DNA of 64,000 bases. Origin: Moniliella sp. 'wahieum' (Eukaryota). The stretch is from contig RSEE01000069.1 of the NCBI GenBank assembly GCA_003971905.1, forward strand, positions 124,001 to 188,000, in the 5' to 3' direction. Numbering within the stretch: the stretch's first letter is position 1; every line of letters starts with the position of its first letter. Below the pieces are notes generated by a model. The model did not search any database and was not told where the DNA came from. It saw nothing but the letters and a program-made list of their open reading frames with translations. Made by a program: the position numbers and the translations under genes. Positions 12,132 through 23,705 of the stretch are shown piece by piece.

Positions 12132-12823
12132 ATGACTGCTCTTCTGCGCCTCCCACGCGCGGCACCCCTTCTTCGCGCGGTGACTGCACCAGCTTGCATT
12201 CTCTCTGCTCTCCCGGGCGCCACGAGCGCTGCCCGACACTTGCACACCACCCCTGCACCTCACTTGCCCCTTGCGCCCAGTCCCATCCGCCGCATCGCCC
12301 TCAGTCCCAGCACACGCGCGCCTACGGAGGGGGCGCCACCACAGGTGTCGGACCAAGTCTATCACGAGGCGGCGGATAACACGCTGGAGGAGCTGCAAGA
12401 CCGCTTCGACGCTTTGATCGAAGCTGTGCCTGATCTTGTCGACGGTCCCGAGACGCAAATTGAGGAGTGGGATGTGGAAGTCGCGGTAGGTAACGTGGTG
12501 CAAGCGTATAAAAAAGAAAAAGGGAAAACAGTACTGACATGAGCTCATCTTCTTCTCTTCAGTCGGGTGTACTCAACGTCTCCACGCCTTGGGGCACGTA
12601 TGTGATCAACAAGCAACCTGCCACGCACCAGGTCTGGCTCTCCTCCCCCGTCAGCGGGCCGTACCGGATGGACTATGCCCCGCAGGACGGGGGAAAGGCG
12701 CCTAGCTGGGTCTCTCATCGCGAAGAGCAAGGCGACGTTGAACTTTGGGCCTTGCTGCGGGATGAGCTCAGACGGGTTACCAAGGAGGGCGACTTCTCGT
12801 TTTTTGATGCCCCAGATGAATAA
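12132..12823 (+). CDS. YFH1: Frataxin (mitochondrial iron chaperone)
   Basis: Presequence, [18 protein letters not shown] | [38 protein letters not shown]. Intron 12486-12562. Confidence 0.96.
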
Positions 12824-13568
12824 CAAACCAAGCTGCTTTGAGCAAGAAAACGTGGTTCGGGCTAGAGGTAACATGGAACACGCAATAGTGCCCAATGCGA
12901 AGGGGATGTACATAGCGCTCCCTTGCCCAGCTCCACTGCGCCAACCCCATTGCCGCACCTTGGCAGTACCTGTACTTCATATAATCACTGCCGTGGTGCT
13001 GAAGGTGAAGGTGAGTGTCAGCCTATCCGGCCCAACAAAACCATGTTGTATTATTCGATCCTGAGCCTACCAGGAGAGACGAAACGAATACGGCGCGGCA
13101 AGAAACAGGTCGTATGAAACCTGGCACTAAATTCAGCTTCCAGTTCATTGCAGGTCAAAGAACAGGATGGGACCGTTAACATCGCTTAGACGAGTATAGT
13201 TCGTGGACCAAAGATGGAGGGTGGAGGAATATTGACACAAGAGTAATATGGGAGGGGGGGCGTGATTGAACCCGCCAGGAGCAGGAACAGGGACTGTGCG
13301 GCAAGTGGATGTCTCAAAATGTGCGTTATATGAGTATAGGTGGGAGATCAGAGTCAATGATCTGTGCACACAGGAAACCTATTAGTCCTTGCTCCCATTT
13401 CTTTTTCCAAGCCCGAAAAAGAGGAGAAGGAAATACGCACACATTCGTTTCCTCAGGCATGAGTACGCCTTCAAAGGAGCTCTCCCAGATTCAACCCCCT
13501 GTTCAGTTCCAATAAGGCCGGACGATGTAAGCCAGGAGAAAGAGGCTTGAGAAAAGCAGACCGGGCGC

Positions 13569-13912
13569 TTAAATCATGCGCCCATAATCGTCATAGTGGC
13601 CATCACGCACACCCTCGTCGTCTTCATCAAGGTAGAGTTGGTGCCAGTTGTTCCAATGTTCCGACGGGCCGGCCATGCCTCCTTCCGAGTTGACCAATTG
13701 GCGACGGCAGTTGTTGATGACTTGGTCCAGCTCTGCCGCGTGGGCCGAGGCGAGAAACGGGGCGCAGGCGTCTTGGAATTCCGGTCTTGAAGGAGCTGCG
13801 CACGGATTTCGGTGGCCTCGGCCTCGGTGGGGCGCAGCCACGTGCGGCGGATGACAGCAAAGGTGGCCTCTTGGAGGGCTTGGGTGGCGGAAGCGTCGAC
13901 GGGAACGGACAT
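13569..13912 (-). CDS. Small hypothetical protein (~115 aa, one frameshift)
   Basis: MSVPVDASATQALQEATFAVIRRTWLRP.. joins ..AELDQVINNCRRQLVNSEGG..HWNNWHQLYLDEDDEGVRDGHYDDYGRMI*. C-rich leader, and TATA-like CTATATAAT at ~14197-14205 on the minus strand. Confidence 0.6.
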
Positions 13913-14840
13913 GCAGGATGGGATGGAGATGGGGGGGGGGGAGGATGGGGAACGCGATGGGGGAGAGGCGGTGGGTAGAAAAGGAAAGGAGAGGTGAGAC
14001 CGGGCGTGCGGGGTGGGAAGGCACCCCAATGCACGGGATGGCCGCCACCCGGCTTGAAGCGCTCGATAGCCGGTTCGATCCACCGAGGGGGGAGGCGCTG
14101 GCGATAGGACGCAAGGGGGTGTGGGGCAAAAGCAGGCACAACAGCGTCATCCACTGCCCTGTGCCGGCGGCGTTACCAGTTAGTGACGCGCAGCCTATTA
14201 TATAGTTGACTACAGTGGGGCTCGGCCCTGCTGTGTCCGAACGAAGAAGGCCGCTGCGACCCCACACCCACCAGTTTAACCCCCTATTGCCACCCTCCCT
14301 CGCTGCGCTATATAATGTAACCCAGCCCCCACGCCTCCTCCACTCGGCCAGACTCCGCCACGTGCCAGGTGACTTAGCCCAGCTGCCCTGGGCTCTGCCA
14401 TTGCCAACGCCATCGTCACACTATAAACATGACGCCCCTCCCCCTCCCCCCTCCTTCCGCCACATGCGACCGCCTTCTCTCCCTTCCTCTTCCCCATCCA
14501 CACGAAAGACGCCCCGTCGTATCCCACAATACAGCGCGACCTCCATCCACCTGGCTCCTCACCTCAATGAAGGCAACCGATCGCTATGGCCATCATAATA
14601 TACACAGGTATCGAGGTGGCTCATTAATCATTGGTGGCCCCGCCGGGAATTGTAGCGCGTTTCATTCTGCTTTCGTCTCCTGAGCACGTGGTCTCCTTCA
14701 TATATAGACCAGAGCAACCTTTAGGAAAGACGACTCACGTATCTTGGGACGAAGCACGTGGGTGTGTACACAAACGCGCCAAGCCGAGGGATGATCGATG
14801 AGCATTCAAGTTGAACGTTGAACGAGGAGCAGGATGGAGA

Positions 14841-16025
14841 TCACGAGTGCCCCCCATTGAGCGCTTGCTGCACCTCGACGCGCTCCTTCTCCACCGCCCA
14901 TACAGGCGGGGATCTCAAAGGCATCCAAGGTACGAGTGTAGGTGATCCCACCGGCGCGACCAATCGGGCGAAGCTTTTCGAGATCGATGGTATTGTCCGG
15001 ATTGAGCACGTCTGCAGGAAGAAGGAGAAGAGCAAGTCAGTTTTTTCTTCTCGTTTTCTCGTTTTCTTTGTCGTGCCAAGCTCCCAAGCTAAGTAAGACG
15101 CTTTCAGAACGGTGGAAAACGCTGGTCGATGGAATATGGAAAACATCGGCATCCTATACCAACCTTTCTTGATCACAAACTTGACCACGCGGCCTAAGAC
15201 CAAGGTCGCCGTCTGCTTGGTCTTGTCGTGGTCCGAAACAAACGGAATGGACTGGTACAATTCGCACTCGAGCGCATACGCGCTCTCGCCTACCCTTGCT
15301 GGGCCCTCGCCGTCGGCCCAGGAACTGGGCACGGGCGTCAGCCCACTCAACTTCCACTCGTCCACATTCGCAGGACTGTCGATGCAGGTGAATTGGCCGC
15401 GTCGAGAATGGGCTCGGAAATGATGTTGACGACAAACCTGTAGGGGAGTAGCGGTGCAGCGATGGGGGGGTGGAAGAAGAATACATCCGAAGAGAACCAA
15501 AAGTCAGCATCACGCAAGTCCGCAAGGGGTTCGGTCCCGACCTGGCCTCAGGCCTCAGGCCCCAGTCCTCATTCCTCATTCCTGGTTCTCATTCCCAAGC
15601 TGGAAGCAATCAGCAAAACAACAAAAGACGTACCGCTTAGTCTGAGCAATGTTGTTCCACGAATCTTTGTGGCCAATGACCGAGATGCCCACGACGGGGG
15701 GTCAATGGAGAACCCATTAAAGAACGAAAAGGGGGCCAGGTTACGATGGCCCTGTGCATCCTGCGTCGAGAGGAAGGCAATGGGCCGCGGAGTGATCCCA
15801 TTGATCATCAACTTGTACGCTTGCGTCGGAGGCATCTCTCGGGTCCAGACGGTGCACTGGGCCGTCAGGTTGGGGCGGCGGAAGCGTGTGAGGTACCATC
15901 CCCTCCCCCGGTTTCCAGTCGGGACAGCTGGTCTGGCTCATGACGACCGTGCGCCCACTGTCCCAGCCAGGACGCGAGGCTTCGAGCGCTTTGAACGGAG
16001 GGTGGTGGCTGTGCGAGGCGCTCAT
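14841..16025 (-). CDS. Flavin reductase-like FMN-binding domain protein (DIM6/NTAB type)
   Basis: HPPFKALEASRP, YKLMINGITPRPIAFLST..NLAPFSFFN, FVVNIISE, DEWKLSGLT, ARVGESAYALECEL, LRPIGRAGGITY. Introns 15438-15633 and 15012-15163. Confidence 0.9.
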
Positions 16026-16202
16026 GGTGCCGATGGTGGTGGTTGGACCAGGAGCGGCTGGGCGTGAATGGTTCCGTCATGCAACCACTCAATCGTGTGG
16101 CTGGCGGGGACAGCAGTCGGCGTTGATGACGATTAGATGCCGATGACACACGGGACCTTACATTGTGCCCCCTTGTTTACAAAAGCCACGCTGATCACTC
16201 AA

Positions 16203-16274
16203 GGGCGGATAGCTCAGGGGTAGAGCGCTTGCTTAGCATGCATGAGGTCCGGGGTTCAATTCCCTGTTCGTCCA
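16203..16274 (+). tRNA. tRNA-Ala, anticodon AGC, intronless
   Basis: GGGCGGA/TTCGTCC acceptor stem with the G3:U70 alanine identity pair, D-arm GCTC/GAGC, anticodon loop TTAGCAT, T-loop GGTTCAATTCC, and a downstream T-run Pol III terminator. Confidence 0.96.
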
Positions 16275-16562
16275 TATTTTTGCGGCGCGCCAACAAGGCA
16301 AGGGTATACCAACAATGCCCCCCTGGGCTCTACTCGGCTGTACTTTCCAGAAGTGCGTGTGGGCTGCTACCTTGCCGGCGCGGGGTAGTGGGGGGGGGGT
16401 GACTTTACAGTGGAAGGACTCTCAGCACAGCTCGAAACGGTACCGTTAGAAACGTATCGAGAGGAGCAACTTGACACAATATGGCAAACCGGTGGGGTTC
16501 TACTCTTACGTGGGAGATCCACAGTCCCGATCCCAAGCAGCAAGAAAAGTGCTGTGATGAAA

Positions 16563-16625
16563 GATGAACGATGAACGATGAACGATGAACGATGAACGAT
16601 GAACGATGAACGATGGACAATGGAC
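16563..16625. repeat. Heptanucleotide tandem repeat (GATGAAC)x7 plus 2 degenerate units
   Basis: Read directly from the sequence. Confidence 0.97.
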
Positions 16626-16888
16626 ACTCGAACAACGTAAAAGAAAGGCCAGGGCAGGACACTCGTAGGACGGGGGGTAGAATTACCACGATGACAGGGA
16701 CACCAGGCGCAGCCCATGCCGAAGGTGGGGCATCTGGGGCAAAACGGGCCAGCAAGGGAAAGGGGAAAAGGGCTAGAGGGGTAGGGTAACGGCGGGCGAG
16801 AGGCGAGAGACGAAACGAGGGGGGGAACCTACAAGGAACCAAGTCCGAGGTTCTGACTAGGGAAGGAGGGACAGGAGACACTGAGAGG

Positions 16889-19282
16889 TTACTCGTCTGT
16901 CGGGGATCCTGTGCTTCGACCTCCTCTTCCATTACAAAATGTCCTAGAAACGATGCCGGGGGCAAGTCAGGCCTCATACCTCACACTTCAGACCTCAGAC
17001 CTGGGATCACTAGCCCAGCGGACCTCCGAAGAGAAAACGGGAGGGAAAACAAACAAAAAGACGTACCTCGAATTTGTCCAGAATCGTCTCGATCACCTTG
17101 CACTGCGCGCTCATATCGCGGAAATTGATCTGATCCCGTTCTCGCTCCGCCTGGGGGGGGCATGTTGCGCGGGAGCGGGCCGAGAGCAGGGTGGGACCAA
17201 AGACGATACCTAAATTCTGCAGGCCCATTTGGTTGTTGGCTTCATGAGAGCGAATGGCATGAGGTGCTGCATCAGGACCTTGAGCGTCGCATAGTTGGCG
17301 TCGGGCAACTCGTTGATCAGACTGTGCAGACGGATTTGACGTTGCCAGTCATCCATGATCTTGGAGCCTTCGACAAACTCCTCGTACAAACTAAACGTCA
17401 ACAAGGGCTGGGGCAGCTCGCGCAACCACAGCTTGAGACACGAGGCAACATTGAATGTCCTCTGGTTCGCCTACCCCGGGGGCGTCGGGATCGTTGGGAT
17501 CGGCGGGATGGGCTCAAAGAGGTTGACCCGCGTCCAATCCTCATCAAAGCGTCGCTTGAGCCTTGAACACGCGACGCAATCCCGCTCACACGGTAGATCC
17601 CCCGTGTGTCCAACGCTACCGCTTCCACTGCCTCGGCACACAGGGCCAAAACAGGAGGCACAGCCACTCCATCCCGCCCAGCTGCTCAGTCAGGTCCACC
17701 CCGAACACGCGTCGTTGGCCTGGAGCCGAGGGTGGGAGACCATAGCCATTCTCGGGGCCAATGGGGTTCGTCCTCTCACTTCCAGGCCTCGTGCCGCCCG
17801 ACGAGCGTCCGGTCTTGGTGGGCGTAGAGGTACGCGATTGGTCGGCCATTGTGGAGGGTGGTGGACGTATTGGTGGTACGCGACGGTCCGCTGGAACTTG
17901 TTTTCCCACCAGCGCCAGAAGGCAGATTGGTTTCCCGGCTCGAGGTCGCGGCATGTTCCCGGCGAGGACCGCGGTACGAGGCGCCATGAACGACCTGCCA
18001 ATTTTGCATAAACGAAGTAAAGTCGGCGCGATTGTCAACCTTCTCCAGCAGATCCCTGAGCCCGCGGGGGGGGGGAGCATTGGATCCCGATCCATTGGCG
18101 CTGGGAGGAGCGAGGGGGGCAATGGCCCGGGCATCGGCTAAAATCGCATTCTCATACAACAGAGCATACCTGGCCAAGTGATACGCTCCACCCGCGTCAA
18201 TTTCATCCGCCGTGTCCTTGAGCTGTCGAACGAGGCGTGGGTATTGGCCGGTAAAGTAATCATGGCGCAGCTGGTCAACAGACAAGCTCTCACGACGGAA
18301 GGTATCGCTAGCTTGGGATGTGCGAAGTCGCACGTCTTCCTCCGCACGCTGGAGCTGCGCAGCACCACGGCTTGTTGAACGCCTTTCCTACCGCGCCGAC
18401 AGCCCGATTGAGGCGCTTGCCCGGACGTTTGCTCGTGTTGGCTGCCGAGTTGGTCGACATGGAACCGGGAGATTCGGGCGACGTTGCGCGCGCCTCTTCG
18501 GCCGCAGCGGCATTCTGACTGGCCATCACAGCCAAGTCCGAATTGCGCGTCTCTCCATTTTTCATGAGCAAAATCCGCTCCAACTCCTCCCGACTGGTCA
18601 AACCGTTGCCGGGCCTTGTCACGGGTAGCCTCGGCGTCAAGGAGGGTACGTTCAGCGCGAGCGCCTGCGTCGCGCGTGACCCGTTTTTGCCGTTCCGCCT
18701 CTTTGGCAAGCGCGCTGGCTTCGTCCGCCACAGTGTAGAGGAGATGGGAAAAGCGCTGGCGTCCCTCGGCAATCGAGGTGTGCGCAGAAAGAATGCCTTG
18801 CCAAGCCTGTACATACGAACCGGCGCGCACAGGCCCATGACCGTGGTTGCCGTCAGACCTTGGGAAAGGGTGGGGTTGGACGAAGGCGTGCGGGCATCGG
18901 CGTAGGATTCGGCAGCGCTACGCGCGAGCTTGGCAGCGAGCGGGCGTTCCTCTTCGATCGCAGCGCGTTTGCGAAGGAAGCTGGAAAAGTGGTGAACCGA
19001 ACCGCACGACTGGGCGATCCAGTCCGACATGAGCGGCTGGGCCACATCGGAGGCGCACAGTGCGCGCACCGCAGCATCGTCAAAGGTCAACGCTGCGCCG
19101 GAAGCATTGGGGAGTTGAGGCGGTTGAGGGGGCTGAGGGGGCTGAGGCGGCGCAGGGCCAGGGGCGGGGCGAGGGCGAGGGGAAGAGTAGGGGTGCTGGG
19201 AGCAGAGGGCGGAGCGGTGTGGGGGCTGGGGCTGGCGGGTCCGGGGGGGCGATGGGCCGGCAGTGGTGGGGCTGGCCATCAT
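16889..19282 (-). CDS. RGD1: F-BAR + RhoGAP protein (Rgd1-like; frameshifted)
   Basis: F-BAR segment FSSFLRKRAAIEEE and RAGSYVQAWQGIL. RhoGAP: VFGVDLTEQL, VPPVL..GIYRVSG, RELPQPLLT, LINELPDANYATL, NLGIVFGPTLL. Intron 16944-17066. The stop position is approximate. Confidence 0.9.
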
Positions 19283-20027
19283 GCTGCCGAGGGGGGAAAG
19301 GCGGGCAGAGCCGGTGGAAGCGGGGGCGGTGGTGGGGGGGCGGGCAGCAGCAGAGCAGCAGGCGGGGAGAGGGGGGTGGCGGGCGAGGGCGAGTGGAGTC
19401 AGCAGACGAAGGTGCGATGGTGTCGCTGTGGCGGCGGTGTGGTCGTGCTGGCTTCGCTTGGACGAGCGCGGGATGGAGACCATCACGCGTGGGGCGCCCA
19501 GCGCTCAGCCACAGGAGCTGAGTGGGGTGGGTGATCGGCTGGGCATGCAGCATACTGGCCCCGTGCCTGCCACCCTCCGGCACGAGCGCACCCCAACGGC
19601 GGCGGGGAAGAGGAGAGCCCAGGGAGAGAGCACAGGAGTCCGCCTGGCGGACCATCATGTGATGACCAGCAGCAGAAGAGCTGCGGCCGCTCCCACCCGA
19701 GCGCACGTCCATCCAGTCCATCCAGCGATCTGCGCTCCAACTCAGTACTCCGCCTGCCTGCGCGCCGCCCTTGCGCCTGCGCCACTGCCTTGCCTCCCCT
19801 CCTGCGCTCCCCGCGCTTCGTCACATGTCACATCCCTCGTCTCGGGTCTTCGTCCTAAGTCCCTAGTCGCCAGCTTCACCAGTCCCTATAGTTCCCAGTT
19901 GCTGCTCCAGCTACGATATATACGACCCCGCTCCAGCCCATGGCCATCCCCATCGCAATTGCCCAGCATCGCAGCAACGACGCTCCCCGCGCCACCCCTA
20001 CACTGCACCCACACCCGCAGCACCGCA

Positions 20028-21064
20028 TCACAACTCGTCCCCGGTCGCCATGTGCACGTCGGCATTGTCGATCGCGTGCGCTCCGTCTCCCCAGCCCCAG
20101 GAGCCCCACCCGCTCCGTATCTGCCGTTCCACCTTGGACAGGAAACCGGCTCGGAGGAGATGCTGTCCAGCCCGCTGGGCCTCTCCCACCGTGTCCCCGC
20201 ACCGTCGAGGAAGAGAGGAGGCAGCCAAATCGTGTCCGCCTCGGGCCTGTTGGATCCAAATCCATCGAGGAAAGTGTCCCTGGCGGTCCAGCCGGAGGCG
20301 AGAGGCGAGAGAGGGTACAGTTCTTGTAGCCCTTTCTCAGTGGGTTGGTCAGATAGGTTTGCCGACTGATGGGAGACGCTAGGTGGCGCAGCTTGTCAAT
20401 CCCCGACACGTACCGGCTTCGTGGGCCTGGGCCCGACGACGAGCTGGGAGGCATGCCATCAACGCTGTGCCCAGCGCAAGGTAGCCTGCTGTGTCCGGGC
20501 GAGGTGGGGGCAGGTGGGACGGTGGGGGCGGGAGGGGATGCGGACCGTGCGTGTGGGTAGGCAAGCCACACGCCACTGCAGTTCCGCTCGTCGGGCGCGT
20601 TTCCAATGCATCCGGCACGGGGCGGACCGAGTCGGTAGACATGCGTTCTTCGTCCGGATCGGCTGGGAGGGGGGGCAGGCTCCCGCTGGGCGGGGCGTAT
20701 GGCCTGGGCGCGGCACGGGTTCCGCGGTCAGCGTGGCAAGCGGCGCCTTTCGCGGCGGCCCGGATGAGTTGGTGCAGGCCACTAGGTTCTGTGTTGCTTC
20801 CTCGGCGAGCTTGGACGAGGGGTTGGCTTGCGTGTGCGTTTTGAGCAGGACGGCGGGGCGGCGTGGGGCTGGGCACAAGGCGGGGGCCATCGTCGGCATG
20901 CCCCGCTGGGCGGGGGCGGGGCGGGAGCTGCTGCTGGTACTGCTTCTATGCTGGTGCTGATGCTGTTGCTGTGCTGCTGCTGCTTGCGCTGTTGCTGCTG
21001 TGGTGCATGGTGCCAGGGACTGCTGCGATGGCGCGGACGCAGGTGGTGGCGGCGGGGCTGACAC
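20028..21064 (-). CDS. Hypothetical protein, Q/P-rich N-terminus and ordered-looking C-terminus (frameshifted)
   Basis: Stitched frames end in EKGLQELYPLSPLASGWTARDTFLDG..IWLPPLFLDG..HLLRAGFLSKVERQIRSGWGSWGWG..TGDEL*. Confidence 0.55.
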
Positions 21065-21673
21065 GGGCAGAGCGAGCGGGTGGTGTGCGCCAGGAGCAGG
21101 CGAGCAGGCGGGAGCAGGCGGGAGCAGGGTGGTGGCGGTAGGTGGAGGACACTGGCGCGGTGCTGCCCCTCGTTTACTGGCTGGGCAAGGGTGCGGTGAG
21201 GAAACTGGCCATCTGACATGTTAGCCTCGTTGCGAGGTGGCTGGCGCCTCTTGGACGGGTTCTGCCGTCGAATCCCCAGCTTTGGGGGGCGCACTGCCAT
21301 GAGCGCCTCCGCTGCTGCCTGCGCTGCTCCCCAGCTGCTGGCTATGCGCGTCGCGACGGCGTGGTGTGCTGATAACCCAGCCGGCCGTAGTCTTCTGTCT
21401 GGTCTGGCGCTCGGTGGGATTGCCATTGCCTACAGTTTGCGCATTCGCACCCACTGCGCTGACACTCAGCTTGAACGTTCAATGGTCAGGGTTCAACTGA
21501 ACGTTCAACCAACGTTCAACGTTCAACGCGCTTGTTACGTCATCGAATCCAGCCGGGTGCAGGTGGCAGTGGCAGTGGCAGTGGCAGGCGCTGGGTTGCT
21601 AGTTACTGCGCTGCGCCTCCCGCCTCAAGGTGGCGCACACCCAGCTCCCCCCCCCACCCCCCCACCATCCGCC

Positions 21674-22409
21674 ATGGCCGAGCTGTTTGAGGAGCACGCC
21701 AAGGACTTTATCTCTCTCGTCGACGATGTTCGCCGCTCCCTCACTGGCCTCACTCCGGGCCATGCCAACGATGCCAAGCTAAAGGAAGCCGAGTCCACTG
21801 CGTACGAAGCCGAGGAGGCCGTGGCGCAGATGGAGTGGAACTGCAGACCTTTCCAGCATCCATGAAGGCTCCCTACAGCATCAAGCTCCGCGAGGCCAAG
21901 GCCAACATGGACAAGCTTTGGCATGAGATTGTACGTTGTTTTCTTCCCCTCCACCCCCACGTGGGGCGCATGGGTCGCACAATCCCCCCCGTAGAGCAGG
22001 GTGCACACACGTTGAACTGACTTTTTTTGGCCTGGACAGAACGCGCTGCGCAGGGGCACGTTTGACCCGGAAGTGGAAGGTGCCGACGACGCGCAGCCGT
22101 CCACGGGCTGGAACAGAGGCAGCGTCTTCTCCAAGGCACTGCCCGCCTGGAAAGTGGTGTGGACCGACTGCAAGCGTCGCAGCAACTTGCACTCCAGACC
22201 GAGGAGTTGGGCGGCCGACATTCTCTCGGCCGCCCGTGGGCAGCGGGAACTCGAGCATGCGCGACACGTTGCGGGAGGCGATACGTCCCTGGATCGTTCG
22301 TCGCGCACCTTGCGGCGGATGATGACGGCGCGCAAACAAAAGGTCGTCACGACGGCAATCATTGTCGTTGGTTCTGCTCATCCTGTCTTCGTACCACAAG
22401 ATCTTCTGA
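21674..22409 (+). CDS. VTI1: Qb-SNARE Vti1 (frameshifted)
   Basis: MAELFEEHAKDF.., EAEEAVAQMELE, QRQRLLQGTARL, SQQLALQTEELG, LDRSSRTLRRM and a C-terminal TM anchor LVLLIL..YHKIF*. Intron 21931-22039. Confidence 0.92.
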
Positions 22410-22664
22410 TCGTTTCTTTCGTTCCTCCTCCCTCCCGATCCCGTTGGCTCCTTTCTTTCTGTCGCTTTCCGACGCCTACGTGGGGTTATCTATACGCGTT
22501 GAGTTGTGGGAGTAGAGGACGTGCCATAGCGCGCGGGGGGGAGTACGAGGGAGAGACGATCTAGTGTTTGAATAACAATTGTCAATAGTTGGTCGACGTT
22601 CCACCGAAGCCTTACGTCGGACGAAAGTCGCGGTCAAGAAGTAATGGCCACGATGGCGTCTAGC

Positions 22665-23248
22665 CTAGGTCAGCATCCCAAAGGTTTCCAGGGGCAGATC
22701 AACGTACCCACCATCACGGCTGCCGAAAGGTAAGCCTTGTAACCAGGGCATAAAGATGTGCATCAGCCAACAGGAAGAGCGATATGGGTACCGTGGAGAG
22801 CAGCACGTTGGGCTGAGTGGTGCGGGATGCAAACCGTGTGATGAGCAGCGAGGCTCAGGTACGCGGAAGCGCAGTGTCCCTGTCCCAACGCGCTGGCACA
22901 GGCAACTCCGAGCTGGAGGACACGCATCGCTGGACTGCAGCTCCAGCGCAGAGCGCCCACGTCGAGTGGGCACCCGATGGTCGACCGAAGCCGCTCGAAG
23001 GCGGCGGACAGATATGCAATGTGTGCAGTCATGTAGGGGTAAAGACCAAACGTAGGGGGACCTTTCAAGAGCGAAACAACAGCAACTAACGTCTTGAGGG
23101 TAACCCCAGTCCCAGATCATGTTCATCTTGCACAGAGGCGACGGTATGGGCGACAGGTGGGGGATGGATTGCCCAGGGGCATTCCAGGCATGTCGGGGTC
23201 CTTGGCCATGGTCATGGATGCCATCACGGCAGCATGGTCGTACTCCAT
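22665..23248 (-). pseudogene. Degenerate Ctr-family (Ctr2-like) copper transporter
   Basis: Met-rich N-terminus MEYDHAAVMASMTMAKDPDMPGM, CKMNMIWDW, LFRS*KV (TGA at 23065-23067 where W is expected), AYLSAAFERLR, RAALHGTHIAL, and the MxxxM motif WLMHIFM. Several frameshifts and eroded TM segments. Confidence 0.7.
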
Positions 23249-23705
23249 CGTATGAGAGTGAGATCGAGAAGCATACGAGGTGAGGGTCTAGGGTCTGAGC
23301 TACGGAGAAGGTGGTGGTGGCTGGGGAGGTCAGAGATCACAGATCCCTTCGATCTTTAGGCTCACCAATCCGTCCAATTGGGAACCTGGCAACTTTCGTG
23401 ATTTCCGGCTGCCGTTGTATTTCCTCCGAACGGTCTGACATTACAGGCCACTTTATGGTATTTGGAAACGATCAGAATCATGTCGACTTCGCCCAGCCTA
23501 TAACTACGCCTCTGCGTAATTGATCTTGCATAACGTGTTCATCCATCCAAGCGTTCATGGTATACATCATGCTCTAATCACAGCACTCTCTCTCTTTCCA
23601 ACACGACAGGCGAGATGGTCATCATGTTGCATTATCATGTCCATGCCCATGGGGAAAGCCAAGACCACGCTCGTCCCATCAAGCCATGAAGAAAGGACGG
23701 CGATT

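Noticed and set aside
12850..13500. Short minus-strand ORFs downstream of frataxin
   Set aside because: Fragmentary frames with many stops and no recognisable family.
14841..16025. Flavin-reductase-domain gene as a piperazate synthase partner of sid1
   Set aside because: Its motifs are those of the common DIM6/NTAB family, not PaiB/KtzT, and it lies 30 kb away among housekeeping genes.
16563..16625. Regular repeats that might suggest a CRISPR array
   Set aside because: Contiguous 7-mers without spacers, in a eukaryotic genome with no cas genes.
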